Assembly: GCA_965644295.1 (NCBI GenBank)
Contig: CBFFRP010000079.1
Coordinates: 1-64,000 of the forward strand
DNA: 64,000 nucleotides
Direction of reading: 5' to 3'
Source of the DNA: Paraphysomonas bandaiensis
Lineage: Eukaryota; Protista; Chrysophyceae
Shown here: positions 9,924-19,586 of the stretch, one piece after another
Position numbering within the stretch: position 1 is the stretch's first letter
How the letters are laid out: each line of letters opens with the position of its first letter
Notes under the pieces: generated by a model
Told to the model about the DNA's origin: nothing
Seen by the model: only the letters and a program-made list of their open reading frames with translations
The model's database searches: none
Program-made: the position numbers and the translations under genes

Positions 9924-10982
9924 ATGAGTAAGTTGCATAAGGTGTTATCGAAATTATACTATACTTCTTTTGATTCTATTCAACGACTTTATGAAAGAGC
10001 GAAAGAACACTTACCCGATCTTCAAATTGCTGATGTAAAAGACTTTGTGGAGAAACAAGCTGTTTTTCAAATAGCTCATAAACCTAAGCGGAAAAAACAT
10101 ATGTCTATTCCTATTGTGAGTCATGTTGAAAACTCATTTCAGGGGGATCTTATGTTTTTGACTCAATATAAAAAGCATAACTCAGGGTATCATATTATTC
10201 TCGTTTTAGTAGATGTGAGTAGTCGTTATTTATTCGCATACCCTCTCAAGGATAAGGGGCTTACCTCTGTAAAAAGAGCATTTGAACAATGGTTTGAAGA
10301 TGTTACGGAGATAACAGGATTCCCACCTATGAAATTAATATCAGATCAGGAGGCTTCTTTTAATTCAAAGGAGATGAAAAAATGGTTTCAATCAAAGGAG
10401 GTTAATTATCGATCTTATCCTAGCGGGCAACATCGGGTGAGATTATGTGATAATATCATAAGAACAATTCGTACAAAGGTGATGAAATATTTTATCTCCT
10501 ATGAAACTCTACGATGGATTGAAAAGGATGGATCACGCAATGTGATTCAAGGGATTGCAAGACGGTATAATAATAAACCACATATCAAATTCCTTGGTGA
10601 ATATAGTCCTAAGGAAATATATACAAATCCAGAGCTTCAAAATGATTTCCGGCAAATGACAATTCGTGAACGTAAGTATATTCTTAAACAAATAAGTGAT
10701 AACTTAAAACCTGGTGATGTAGTACGCATTCAACTCTCTAAAAAACTCTTTCGGAAAACCACAGGAGTGAATTTTAGCTCTCAAACGTATACGGTAATGG
10801 AAGTGCGAAATACAAATGCGACCATTATGGATCAATCAGGTGAGGAACAAAAAATCCATAAAAAGTACCTTATGAAAGTTCATCCTAATATTGAGCGTAA
10901 AGTAGACTCGGTGGAGGAGATGTTTGCACGTAATGAAAAACAAAACAAAATCCGACGTGATTTAAATGAACTCTATTATTAA
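9924..10982 (+). CDS. Polinton-type rve (retroviral-like) integrase, D-D(34)-D variant
   Basis: FQGDL...GY..ILVLVDVSSRYLFAYPLKDK...ISDQEASF...CDNIIRTIR...YNNKPH...LKPGDVVRI. Confidence 0.93.
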   Translation: MSKLHKVLSKLYYTSFDSIQRLYERAKEHLPDLQIADVKDFVEKQAVFQIAHKPKRKKHMSIPIVSHVENSFQGDLMFLTQYKKHNSGYHIILVLVDVSSRYLFAYPLKDKGLTSVKRAFEQWFEDVTEITGFPPMKLISDQEASFNSKEMKKWFQSKEVNYRSYPSGQHRVRLCDNIIRTIRTKVMKYFISYETLRWIEKDGSRNVIQGIARRYNNKPHIKFLGEYSPKEIYTNPELQNDFRQMTIRERKYILKQISDNLKPGDVVRIQLSKKLFRKTTGVNFSSQTYTVMEVRNTNATIMDQSGEEQKIHKKYLMKVHPNIERKVDSVEEMFARNEKQNKIRRDLNELYY

Positions 10983-10990
10983 TAAAGACC

Positions 10991-11947
10991 ATGGTTAAAC
11001 ATCATTATACAAACGAAACATTTCTATATGTAATTGCATCTACGAACCGCACAGAAGGAGATAATGCAGATTGTAACATCCCGATGGGATGTTATTTACC
11101 ACACGATGTATCCTATTTTATATGTACACCTATCTTTTTCAATAGCACCAATCGATTATTAGACATACCACCTTCAGGATGTTTTATAGTGGAAGGGGAG
11201 GGGATTGTACAAAATTCAATCAGCACGCATGGGAAAAACCATCAATGGGGTGCTATCACGCCACCTATTCGCTCGGGAGAGGTTCATTATAGAGCAGCAC
11301 TTAGTTTTAATACAGATAGCTTTCAATTTATTTGTCGTAATTTTAATAATGAGAGCATACACTTTGTTCTTCGCAATTGTGATGGATTCACACAGAATTG
11401 TGTTGCGTTGAGTGGTTGGAAAAAGTGTTGGATTTTATACCTTGCAATGACACCTATTCGTGAATGTCCACAGCGGGGATTTGTTCCCTCGGAAAGTTTT
11501 ACTTATGTGATATCAAGTAGTCAGGCAATAGAAGGGAGCGCACACGATTGTTTGATTAACTTACCTGCAATTATTAAACCTTACCATCGATATTTTGTGG
11601 ATGTGATTGCGTGTATTGTAAACAACGACTCTATTTCCCTAGGACCTGTGAGGTTTATTAATATTTACTCATATGGCTGGAAAGACTCAGGATATGGTTA
11701 TGGAGGACTACAAGGTGATCCTGAAGCAATGATTATTGGTTCACCTTATTGTTTAGATTCTCAAGAACCCAGTCACTTTAGTGGAGATAGCGCTTGTTTT
11801 ATTGTAAATAATATGGACCGTATACGCCCTGTTCGCTTTCAAATGTATCAACCACATGGACCACCTGTTGAAGCAGCTGAAATTAATTTAAATGGGGTAA
11901 CAACTATTTTTACCATTATTTGTCGGATAACACCGGTTGTTGAATAA
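10991..11947 (+). CDS. Protein of two tandem penton-like (single jelly-roll) domains
   Basis: The halves resemble each other (FLYVIASTNRTEGDNADCNIP / FTYVISSSQAIEGSAHDCLINLP; ends WILYLAMTPI / FTIICRITPV) and ORF 11968; fold is inferred. Confidence 0.55.
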   Translation: MVKHHYTNETFLYVIASTNRTEGDNADCNIPMGCYLPHDVSYFICTPIFFNSTNRLLDIPPSGCFIVEGEGIVQNSISTHGKNHQWGAITPPIRSGEVHYRAALSFNTDSFQFICRNFNNESIHFVLRNCDGFTQNCVALSGWKKCWILYLAMTPIRECPQRGFVPSESFTYVISSSQAIEGSAHDCLINLPAIIKPYHRYFVDVIACIVNNDSISLGPVRFINIYSYGWKDSGYGYGGLQGDPEAMIIGSPYCLDSQEPSHFSGDSACFIVNNMDRIRPVRFQMYQPHGPPVEAAEINLNGVTTIFTIICRITPVVE

Positions 11948-11967
11948 TTTTCTATGCTAAAGTAATC

Positions 11968-12429
11968 ATGCTACTTTACGATAAAGCTTTTACATATATT
12001 ATTAACTCTAGCGAAGGATTAACTGGAGATGCAAGTTATTGTGATATTGAGTTAGATCCTATCCATTTCCCCTATGCTAAATACCAAGTCAAATGTACAG
12101 CATTCACCATGAATTGTAGTTCGTTACATGCAGATGCACCTCAATATATTTTATTATCTGCAAGTGGTCTAAGTGATGGTCCTAATTATTGTATGGGGAT
12201 AGAAAGCGATAAGCTTATCATTGCATATCTGAATACTCATGAATCATTATCTCAAATGACATCTGGAGAGGGGAGTGTATTTACAGTGTCATCCATGCAT
12301 CAGAAACGAAGGGTTCACTTTGAGTTGTTAGAACCTAATCTTGTTAATCTTGGTGGTTATGAAGATTATAATGGTGTTACTTATTGGACTATTTCACTTC
12401 TTTTTATTCCTATTTTAGAGTTGAACTAA
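11968..12429 (+). CDS. Single penton-like domain protein, paralog of 10991
   Basis: FTYIINSSEGLTGDASYCDIEL...RRVHFELL...YWTISLLFIPI. Confidence 0.55.
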   Translation: MLLYDKAFTYIINSSEGLTGDASYCDIELDPIHFPYAKYQVKCTAFTMNCSSLHADAPQYILLSASGLSDGPNYCMGIESDKLIIAYLNTHESLSQMTSGEGSVFTVSSMHQKRRVHFELLEPNLVNLGGYEDYNGVTYWTISLLFIPILELN

Positions 12430-12432
12430 GTA

Positions 12433-13743
12433 TTATATTTGTACCAAATCAATGTGTGTTTTCCAAAATTTAGAACCTGAACCTACTGTTTGCATATCCA
12501 CATATGTATGAATCTCAAATGTCCAGTTGTCTGACACATCCTCCACTGTAAATATTAATGGTGAGAGCGCACATCCAAATCGATTCACACTTCCACGATT
12601 TGAATCCCATACCCCAGGTGCAAATAACCCCGTTCTTTCTAGTGTACCATTTTTCTTTACTAACACGCGACCTAGAATTTCCGTCCAACTTGCAACCCCC
12701 ATAATATCAAAAGAAACTTGGAGAAAATATCGTCCTGTATACTGAATATACCCAGATGAATCAATCATATTGGAATCTCCTCCTGTAGGTGTTGTACTTA
12801 ACTCTGATGAAGTCATATAATGTCCGCCGCTTGATGTTTGATATGTTACGTTATATTCCATCGATGACCAGTATGTGACCGGACCATCAATTTCCTCCCA
12901 ATAACAGTTTTTCTTTGAAACGGTAAGTGTATCTAGATTTGTTCGATCGGTGGTGGTAAAAGCGGTTGTTTGTTCTGTAGTGTCTGGGAATTCAACTTTT
13001 TGATAACAATTCAAATGATCTACCCGAATCTCATCAATTGCACCTCCTCCGTCTGCTTTGAGAATGGTATTGATTGGAAATGTAAACTCATTTAAACTTC
13101 GACTTACACTTGACCATAAAGTTACTAAAGAGTCATAGCTTGATTTTAATGTATTTGTAAACGCCGTGCTTTGCTGAGTGAAATCATAAAACGATATTAC
13201 GGAAGACACCCCTAATAAATCAATATCCCCGAGTACTTCTAAATCATTACAATTCACCTGAGATGAAAAAGTAGTTACCCCTATCGATTTACTTTGATAT
13301 GTAGTGATTTCTTCAAGGGTAGCATTGGATGCTTCCAGATTAGTTAGCCTTGCATCGTGTGAATCATGTGATGTATCTAATAAATCAACTGTTGTTTCTA
13401 AATTCGAAAGTTCAGTTTCAATGGTGTCAAGACGTGTTTGATTGCTTGTAATTTCACTTTCCGCATTATCAAGACGTGTTTGATTGCTTGTAATATTTCC
13501 ATTTATAACAGAAAATTGATCTTGGATATTGGAGCTAACTCCGCTAAGTCTACTCACTTCCAAGGGTGTGATTTCGATTGTGTTGACTGTGATTGATTCA
13601 TCAATTGTTAAATTACTTGTTTCCACATTTTGAATATATGTGTTTTCAGAGTGAACACCTGTAGCGTGTAATTCATCTAAATGGAGTGAAGAAAGACCAC
13701 TTAGACTTGCTGTTTGAATGTTATGATAACCATTGGTATTCAT
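12433..13743 (-). CDS. Putative virion fibre (coiled-coil shaft, beta-rich head)
   Basis: Heptad repeats ITSNQTRLD x2, repeated F-x-D-x-T-x-Q-x-TAFT, C-terminal TGRYFL beta-sandwich-like segment; next to the major capsid gene. Confidence 0.6.
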   Translation of the reverse strand: MNTNGYHNIQTASLSGLSSLHLDELHATGVHSENTYIQNVETSNLTIDESITVNTIEITPLEVSRLSGVSSNIQDQFSVINGNITSNQTRLDNAESEITSNQTRLDTIETELSNLETTVDLLDTSHDSHDARLTNLEASNATLEEITTYQSKSIGVTTFSSQVNCNDLEVLGDIDLLGVSSVISFYDFTQQSTAFTNTLKSSYDSLVTLWSSVSRSLNEFTFPINTILKADGGGAIDEIRVDHLNCYQKVEFPDTTEQTTAFTTTDRTNLDTLTVSKKNCYWEEIDGPVTYWSSMEYNVTYQTSSGGHYMTSSELSTTPTGGDSNMIDSSGYIQYTGRYFLQVSFDIMGVASWTEILGRVLVKKNGTLERTGLFAPGVWDSNRGSVNRFGCALSPLIFTVEDVSDNWTFEIHTYVDMQTVGSGSKFWKTHIDLVQI

Positions 13744-13759
13744 TTACTTTATCCAATAT

Positions 13760-15223
13760 TTAATATTGTACGAGCATTGTTCCATCCTGACAAATGATAA
13801 CTGCATCGTGCATTGCAAATGTGTCATAGTGAACAGAAACGTTTCCACCTGTATTTTGGGTGTGTTTTACATTTAAGAAAATATCTTCTGTACTGGAGTT
13901 ATACCCCTGGAATATATCTTCAGGTGAAGCACCGGAATATGATTCTAAATCTGCACCGATAATAAAATGAGGTTCACTTGCAGATGAGTGGATATATGTT
14001 GCTTCCTCAGCATTTGCAGTAGGTGCGGTTACATCATAAGCACTTATATCAATGTTAGGTTCATGATTCATATCGGAAACACTACCAATGGCCTTTAAGC
14101 ACTCAATAAAGAATTCTGTTCGACTTCGAGGAGGTTTGGCGGGAACTGTTTTGCTCCCTAACCGTAAATAGTACTCTGTTAGTCCAAAATGGGTGGAACC
14201 TGAAGCATGATAAGTAATTGCACCTGCGTGTTTGCTTCGCGGAATGGTAAACAATGATTTTAAAGATGAAAACCGTGCGGGGATTGGAATACTAACTTCG
14301 GTTTCTACACCATCAATAAGAGTAGCGTTATATGCATAATGACTAAAACGAGGTACAACAAAACGAATCATTTCACCTGAATGTCCTTCAATGATCTGCA
14401 TGGCGGAATCACCTAGCTCAACCATCTGGGCAACATATTCCACATTGCTTACCGAAAAACTATCTAGTGCAAGTTCTGAGTTTAAAAACTTAGAGGGACT
14501 ATTTTGAAGTTGAAGTTCCAATCGAAGGCCTGCTCCGCTGTTTGACATTGCGAAAAGAGGGATATACTTTTGACTTAGGGATCCTACAATTGAGAGTAAG
14601 TTAATACAATATGTTCTCGCAAGGGTATCCCCATTGGCTGCTATATCTGCAAATTCGTTGGCTGCTGCATCATCCCAAAGACGTTCACCTGCATATATTT
14701 TCGTTACCTTATTTGTTTTATCATGTGTTGAAATATTTGCGAGTTCAGCGTTGGTTGGATCACCTGCTACTCCAGCGACAACAACTGGTTTGCGAACATC
14801 ACTAAAATATTCATTAGAAACACCCGCCATAATAGAAGCTTTACCTGATGCATCACCTGACTGTTGGAGAGCCATCAACTTGGAAACAAGCACCGAGTAT
14901 TCATCTAAGTCCTCAATGAGATTGGATCCGTGCCATAAGCGTAATCTTCGTATAACCCCGTGAGCTCCTGCTTGACCTAAGCGTACAAAGGCATTCGCAG
15001 CTGCTCCGTTGGTTACTGTTAAATCAAATTTCAAAACACTTTCTGTTCCTGCGAGAACCGTGTTATTAATACATGGAATTGTTAAATTAATTGTGCTTCC
15101 ATCTGTAAATGGACCCGACTGATTTGGACGTACGTGACTTGTGTAACTGCGAGCAAATGCGCTCTCTTTTGAATTATCGTATTTTAAGTTGCGTGGAATC
15201 ATGTGTTTTAATATAACCGACAT
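13760..15223 (-). CDS. Major capsid protein (double jelly-roll, PLV type)
   Basis: 487 aa; MIPRNLKY...P...F..G.TI.L.IP...SVLKFDL...GVIRRLRL..G..LIEDLDEY pattern typical of PLV capsids; located in the morphogenesis module. Confidence 0.88.
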   Translation of the reverse strand: MSVILKHMIPRNLKYDNSKESAFARSYTSHVRPNQSGPFTDGSTINLTIPCINNTVLAGTESVLKFDLTVTNGAAANAFVRLGQAGAHGVIRRLRLWHGSNLIEDLDEYSVLVSKLMALQQSGDASGKASIMAGVSNEYFSDVRKPVVVAGVAGDPTNAELANISTHDKTNKVTKIYAGERLWDDAAANEFADIAANGDTLARTYCINLLSIVGSLSQKYIPLFAMSNSGAGLRLELQLQNSPSKFLNSELALDSFSVSNVEYVAQMVELGDSAMQIIEGHSGEMIRFVVPRFSHYAYNATLIDGVETEVSIPIPARFSSLKSLFTIPRSKHAGAITYHASGSTHFGLTEYYLRLGSKTVPAKPPRSRTEFFIECLKAIGSVSDMNHEPNIDISAYDVTAPTANAEEATYIHSSASEPHFIIGADLESYSGASPEDIFQGYNSSTEDIFLNVKHTQNTGGNVSVHYDTFAMHDAVIICQDGTMLVQY

Positions 15224-15229
15224 TTTTTA

Positions 15230-15334
15230 TTTAAGCAAAATGTGAACTAAGCAAAATGCAAACTCAAATGCGAACTAAGCAAAATGCAAACTCAAATGCA
15301 AACTCGAATCTAGCATTTAAGCAAAATGCGAACT
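15230..15334. repeat. Short tandem array (about 6 AAATGYRAACT units) upstream of the capsid gene
   Basis: ttaagcaaaatgtgaact aagcaaaatgcaaact caaatgcgaact aagcaaaatgcaaact caaatgcaaact ... ttaagcaaaatgcgaact. Confidence 0.85.
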
Positions 15335-15697
15335 TGTATCCGAATCTTTGTCTTCCTGTTTTTTACGAAAATTAATTTTCTCAAGGTCATGGTGAACTTT
15401 TCGTGCTTTCTGATTAAGTCGAGAAGCTTTATCCACCGTTTTCCGAGCTTTATGGAGTCCTTTTCCTGCTGCGCTGGAAAGGGCTCCACCTATCGGGATA
15501 TTTTTTAACCCTGCATCATTCAATATGCGTAAACCATCATCTGCCGCATCAATAACTTTATGAGCTTTTACCACTTTTCGATCTATCTGTTTTAACCCTG
15601 AGTTAATTTTCCTTCCGATTTGTTTACTATCCTTTTTTACCTTTTGACCGAGTCTTTTTGCTTGCTTGTTTATTTTTTTAATACCAACTCTTTTCAT
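15317..15697 (-). CDS. Small Lys-rich amphipathic protein (candidate core or membrane-lytic virion protein)
   Basis: LGQK / IGRK periodicity and IPIGGALSSAAGK; between penton and capsid genes; function inferred. Confidence 0.55.
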   Translation of the reverse strand: MKRVGIKKINKQAKRLGQKVKKDSKQIGRKINSGLKQIDRKVVKAHKVIDAADDGLRILNDAGLKNIPIGGALSSAAGKGLHKARKTVDKASRLNQKARKVHHDLEKINFRKKQEDKDSDTSSHFA

Positions 15698-15720
15698 CTG
15701 TTTTTAATAATGTAAAGATT

Positions 15721-16440
15721 TTATTTATATCGAATCACTAATGTACAGGACCAATGTTGACCATTTAAATCCACTATTCTACCTCTTTGATCGAGTAATC
15801 GTAAGTGTGTATTGACTAAATTCTCAATTGAGTTTACCTGAGACATTAAATCCCCTTGATAGTAAATGACACTATTTGGAGGAACCGAGTTTTGAATGCT
15901 ACAAAGGTAACATGCGTTCCGGGTGTCGTTGCTTGATAAATTCTTCGTAATAAAATTGCTTGAGGTGATATGTAATGTACGAATAGGGAACAAATTGATA
16001 TTTGTATTGCTGGTGATAGTTTGATTAGATGATGAATAAGGTTGTCCCTCGCTAAGTCCAAGCAACTCAAAACATGTAGATGTTGCGTATAATGTAAATT
16101 CATAATTTGCATGGGTGATGATGTATGTATTTGTTGTGGATTGATAAGTGAAAATTAACCCTGTATTGTTTTGGAGAACTGTTTTTAAAGTGTTCACATT
16201 ATAATTTCCTTGAGGGATGGTGAATTGTTGAATTCCACCGTTGTTAATCTCATATACTAACAACTGATTGATATTATCTACATTATAGAAACTTGTGGGT
16301 ATTTCCGCGGATTTTACCCCTACTGTTAATTCAGTAATTTGCTTAGGTAAGTCTATCCTTGGTAAATGAAAAATTACATCGCTCGTGTTCTGATTGATTT
16401 GTAAACTGGCATCTCGAGAGTTTAGAAATACTTGGATCAT
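15721..16440 (-). CDS. Minor capsid (penton) protein
   Basis: VFLNSRD...SAEIPTSFYNV...IPQGNYN...LRLLDQRGRIVDLNGQHWSCTL, typical PLV/virophage penton pattern. Confidence 0.85.
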   Translation of the reverse strand: MIQVFLNSRDASLQINQNTSDVIFHLPRIDLPKQITELTVGVKSAEIPTSFYNVDNINQLLVYEINNGGIQQFTIPQGNYNVNTLKTVLQNNTGLIFTYQSTTNTYIITHANYEFTLYATSTCFELLGLSEGQPYSSSNQTITSNTNINLFPIRTLHITSSNFITKNLSSNDTRNACYLCSIQNSVPPNSVIYYQGDLMSQVNSIENLVNTHLRLLDQRGRIVDLNGQHWSCTLVIRYK

Positions 16441-16570
16441 TGCTTACTACTCTTGATAAAATGTTCTCGAGGATAATTTCGAATCCGGGAATGTGATCAT
16501 ATTCGCACCCTCCGAGTCTTTTATTTATTTCATCTATGTCAATGTGTAAACGATAATCATATTGCTCCAT
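16343..16570 (-). CDS. Possible small hypothetical protein overlapping the penton 5' end
   Basis: ATG 14 nt after the ATPase stop and fills the gap; no recognisable motif. Confidence 0.3.
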   Translation of the reverse strand: MEQYDYRLHIDIDEINKRLGGCEYDHIPGFEIILENILSRVVSNDPSISKLSRCQFTNQSEHERCNFSFTKDRLT

Positions 16571-16583
16571 TTTATATATGGAA

Positions 16584-17309
16584 TTATTTTATTTGAAGTT
16601 GGTTAAAGTTTTTATAAAATATGTTAGATACAATGTCGATATCCAGGTGATTATATGCTCGATCAAATACATAGTTGTATAACTCAATCGCTTGATCTTT
16701 TTTCATGCGGAGTAACTCTTCAGATACCAACTCAACTTCCTTACGGTTTCTAAACTGGAATATTGTGACATTTGTTAACATTTTACGTAGTGTTAATTCA
16801 AACAGATTGTAAGACTGAAGAGTAAATATAGTTGATAAACCAATGTGCCTTGATTTTACAATGATTTTCTTTAACAGTGTAACTATTTGTTTATCTTTCA
16901 AATCATTAGCAAAGTCATCTATGATTAATAGGGAATTCTCAACAGGTAATTTATTTTCGATGCTATGTTTTTTAAATAAAGCAACTTCTTCATAAATATC
17001 CATTAATACTCCATCTGTAAGCTCATGGTATTTTTTATCATGGTTTTCAAAGGGATGATCCTTCACAGATAAATAACTTGATTCTGGGGAAATAAAGTAA
17101 ATGTTATCAAATTTTCCTCTGTAGTACTTGCTTGACCTAAATAATGAGAGAAGGAGGGAGGATTTACCTGAGCCCGGTGCACCAATTAAAGCATAAACAA
17201 ACCCATTACGGTTTGGTAAGTTAGGGTGAATATTCGGGATAAATATAGACATTGCTTCTTTTACAGGTTGAATATTGGGTAAATTACTTGGTTGTTCTGT
17301 TATATGCAT
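16584..17309 (-). CDS. A32/FtsK-HerA family genome-packaging ATPase
   Basis: Walker A GAPGSGKS, Walker B LLIIDD, arginine finger KSRH, TLQ. Confidence 0.93.
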   Translation of the reverse strand: MHITEQPSNLPNIQPVKEAMSIFIPNIHPNLPNRNGFVYALIGAPGSGKSSLLLSLFRSSKYYRGKFDNIYFISPESSYLSVKDHPFENHDKKYHELTDGVLMDIYEEVALFKKHSIENKLPVENSLLIIDDFANDLKDKQIVTLLKKIIVKSRHIGLSTIFTLQSYNLFELTLRKMLTNVTIFQFRNRKEVELVSEELLRMKKDQAIELYNYVFDRAYNHLDIDIVSNIFYKNFNQLQIK

Positions 17310-17323
17310 TTATCTTACTTATT

Positions 17324-18445
17324 CTAATTATTTTTTATTTTACGTGGTCTACCTCTTCCTCTTTTTGCTGGAGGTGAGGGTGGTGGTGGTAAAAGTGGTG
17401 TTTGCGGGGATTTTGATTTTTCAGTCTGTGGAGATTGGGTAATATTTGAATCATCGAAATCTTCTATTGCTTTATGTGGTTTTGATTCGCTTTTTGCTTC
17501 TGCTTTTTCCCCCGCTTTCTTTTTTGTTTGAAATGCTGGTAATTCTTGATATTCCTCCTCGGTTATTGGGTTAGTACGTCTTGTACGTTGCACCTTTGGT
17601 ATTGTTTGTATCCCCTTTGGTGCTACATAATCTTCATCGGGAATTGATTCACTACTATCTGATGATAATGATAATGCATTAACTAGCCCACTATTTGGTG
17701 ATGATATACCAACCAACCCACTATGGGTATATTCTTTGCTTTGAGGAGTTTGTGGAGCTGCCGCTGTTAACGTAGAGTGTACATTTGATTGTTCTTCATT
17801 CATCTGCATGAACCGCTCACTTTCAGGTGTAAATGGGAATTGATTTCCACCCATCTGCATAAAGTGTTCGCTTTCAGGTGTGTGTGGTGTTTTTAGATTT
17901 TCTTCTTGTGGTGCGTGGTTAATTGGAGATAGCACATCAGGTGCTGTAGTGATATCAAAAGCTTTTCTCCGTTTCACATTTGTCTTAGGTTTCACCGGTC
18001 TTGTTATAAGGCTCCCGGTTTTGCTAACCTTTGTTGCTACTTTATTTTGATCAATTGCGTCTGCCACATGAAATGCAATGGCTTCGTTTCTTTCATTCCA
18101 AGCTCTTTTTAAATGATTTGATGATTCTGGTTGTTGTGATTCCGGTTTAGGTTTTGAGTTTTGTAAGAGTTCTAACTTTGCTTGAAGTAGTCCATCGTTT
18201 AACTTTTGTGTATCTGCTTTGTTTCCTAATCCAAACAATGGGTTTGTTGAAACATTCCCCTGAAGTGGTTTATCCGATTTCTCTTGAGGGATAAATAATC
18301 CTCTATCATTCTTTTTCTTTGCTTTCCTAACACCTTTCTTTTTCCGACGTGCTCGTAGCTTATTTTGTAGACGTCTTTTATCAATTCCATATAACTTTAC
18401 CAAATCATCGAGATTTAAGTATATATTATTTTTTGTTTTTCCCAT
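17324..18445 (-). CDS. Low-complexity basic protein with C-terminal AT-hook
   Basis: C-terminal KRGRGRPRK; internal repeat TPESE(H/R)FMQM x2; rich in S/T-P. Confidence 0.65.
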   Translation of the reverse strand: MGKTKNNIYLNLDDLVKLYGIDKRRLQNKLRARRKKKGVRKAKKKNDRGLFIPQEKSDKPLQGNVSTNPLFGLGNKADTQKLNDGLLQAKLELLQNSKPKPESQQPESSNHLKRAWNERNEAIAFHVADAIDQNKVATKVSKTGSLITRPVKPKTNVKRRKAFDITTAPDVLSPINHAPQEENLKTPHTPESEHFMQMGGNQFPFTPESERFMQMNEEQSNVHSTLTAAAPQTPQSKEYTHSGLVGISSPNSGLVNALSLSSDSSESIPDEDYVAPKGIQTIPKVQRTRRTNPITEEEYQELPAFQTKKKAGEKAEAKSESKPHKAIEDFDDSNITQSPQTEKSKSPQTPLLPPPPSPPAKRGRGRPRKIKNN

Positions 18446-18456
18446 TCTTTACTTTA

Positions 18457-18990
18457 CTAGCGAAAGAAATTATCGTATGTTTGAAATCGCTCTTTTCGAA
18501 CTCTTGCTCTGTTATTCGATTGACGCTTAGGTCCTCGTTTATAGTGTTCATATTCTTCGTCATCATAGTCATCATCCGAGTCATCCGATTCATCGTCAGA
18601 TTCACTGGATTCACTTTCCGATTCTTCCACAATAATCCGTGCTTTTGGTCTTCGTTTCTTTTTCCTAACGACTATAAATTGCTCATCGGGGGTTTCTTCC
18701 TCTTCTGAAGGAATTAACTTTGTAGTCACCATAGGTGTTTTAACTTTCTTCTTTTTTACTTGCTGATTTTCTTGTTGAACCAAGAGTTTTGAAGCCTCTA
18801 TCACCTTTTCTTTTTTCTTTGCCTCAATAGATGCTTTTCTCTTCTCGCGAACTTTTTCAAATGCTTTCATCTGTGCTTCACTTCGGGGTTTTTTAGGTTT
18901 GGTAAGAGGAGTTTGAATTTCCGGGGTATTTTCTTCAATTGGTGTTTCGATTGGTGCTTCGATTTGTTCGTTATCGTACGTATCGGACAT
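18457..18990 (-). CDS. Charged hypothetical viral protein (ATG at 18990; track start 19008)
   Basis: KPKKPRSEAQMKAFEKVREKRK helix and acidic tract; stop directly upstream of the next viral gene. Confidence 0.6.
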   Translation of the reverse strand: MSDTYDNEQIEAPIETPIEENTPEIQTPLTKPKKPRSEAQMKAFEKVREKRKASIEAKKKEKVIEASKLLVQQENQQVKKKKVKTPMVTTKLIPSEEEETPDEQFIVVRKKKRRPKARIIVEESESESSESDDESDDSDDDYDDEEYEHYKRGPKRQSNNRARVRKERFQTYDNFFR

Positions 18991-19034
18991 GTCTTTTAAT
19001 AATACCAAGAAAATAATTTGAACGTAAATTTAAT

Positions 19035-19586
19035 ATGTTGGTTATAATAAACATGCATCGTCAACCACCTGCACCGCCTAAAGAATCAAAACCTGAAGCT
19101 TATAACGAAATGAAAACACCGAGTATTATTCCCACCAGCGATAACCCCTTTAAGTATCAACCTGTACCTGAAGTAAGTCTTTACGGTACCAAACTTAAAG
19201 CTAACCATTTGTCCAAGAAAAATATACTATTTACTAATGAAGCTAACCAATTTGTAAATGCTGTTCAGGATGCCCTTTCCAAATTTGATAAAAACTCGAA
19301 TAGGTATAGTGAGGATATTTTACTCTTTTGTATGTCTGCATGTGAAAATGCAATCCTCGGTAAAAAACAGGGTGAATTAAAATTACAAATGGTAAAAGCA
19401 TGTGTGAAGCCATTCTTCAATAATGATGAATTACTAATTGAGAAATGGGTTTCGCTTCTTATGCCTAAAATTCTTAATTATAAATTCTGGAATCGTAACT
19501 TACGTAAGCTTGCTAGAATTTTTTTAAACTGTGTTTCGATGAAGCAACAAGCACCATCACCCGGCATGCAATCAAAACCTCTATAA
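19035..19586 (+). CDS. Hypothetical viral protein; stop codon at the inner edge of the right TIR
   Basis: Open 183-aa ORF divergent from the structural module. Confidence 0.55.
   Translation: MLVIINMHRQPPAPPKESKPEAYNEMKTPSIIPTSDNPFKYQPVPEVSLYGTKLKANHLSKKNILFTNEANQFVNAVQDALSKFDKNSNRYSEDILLFCMSACENAILGKKQGELKLQMVKACVKPFFNNDELLIEKWVSLLMPKILNYKFWNRNLRKLARIFLNCVSMKQQAPSPGMQSKPL

Noticed and set aside
15230-15334. Possible mini-CRISPR array in the virus
   Set aside because: Units are 12-18 bp and contiguous, with no spacers
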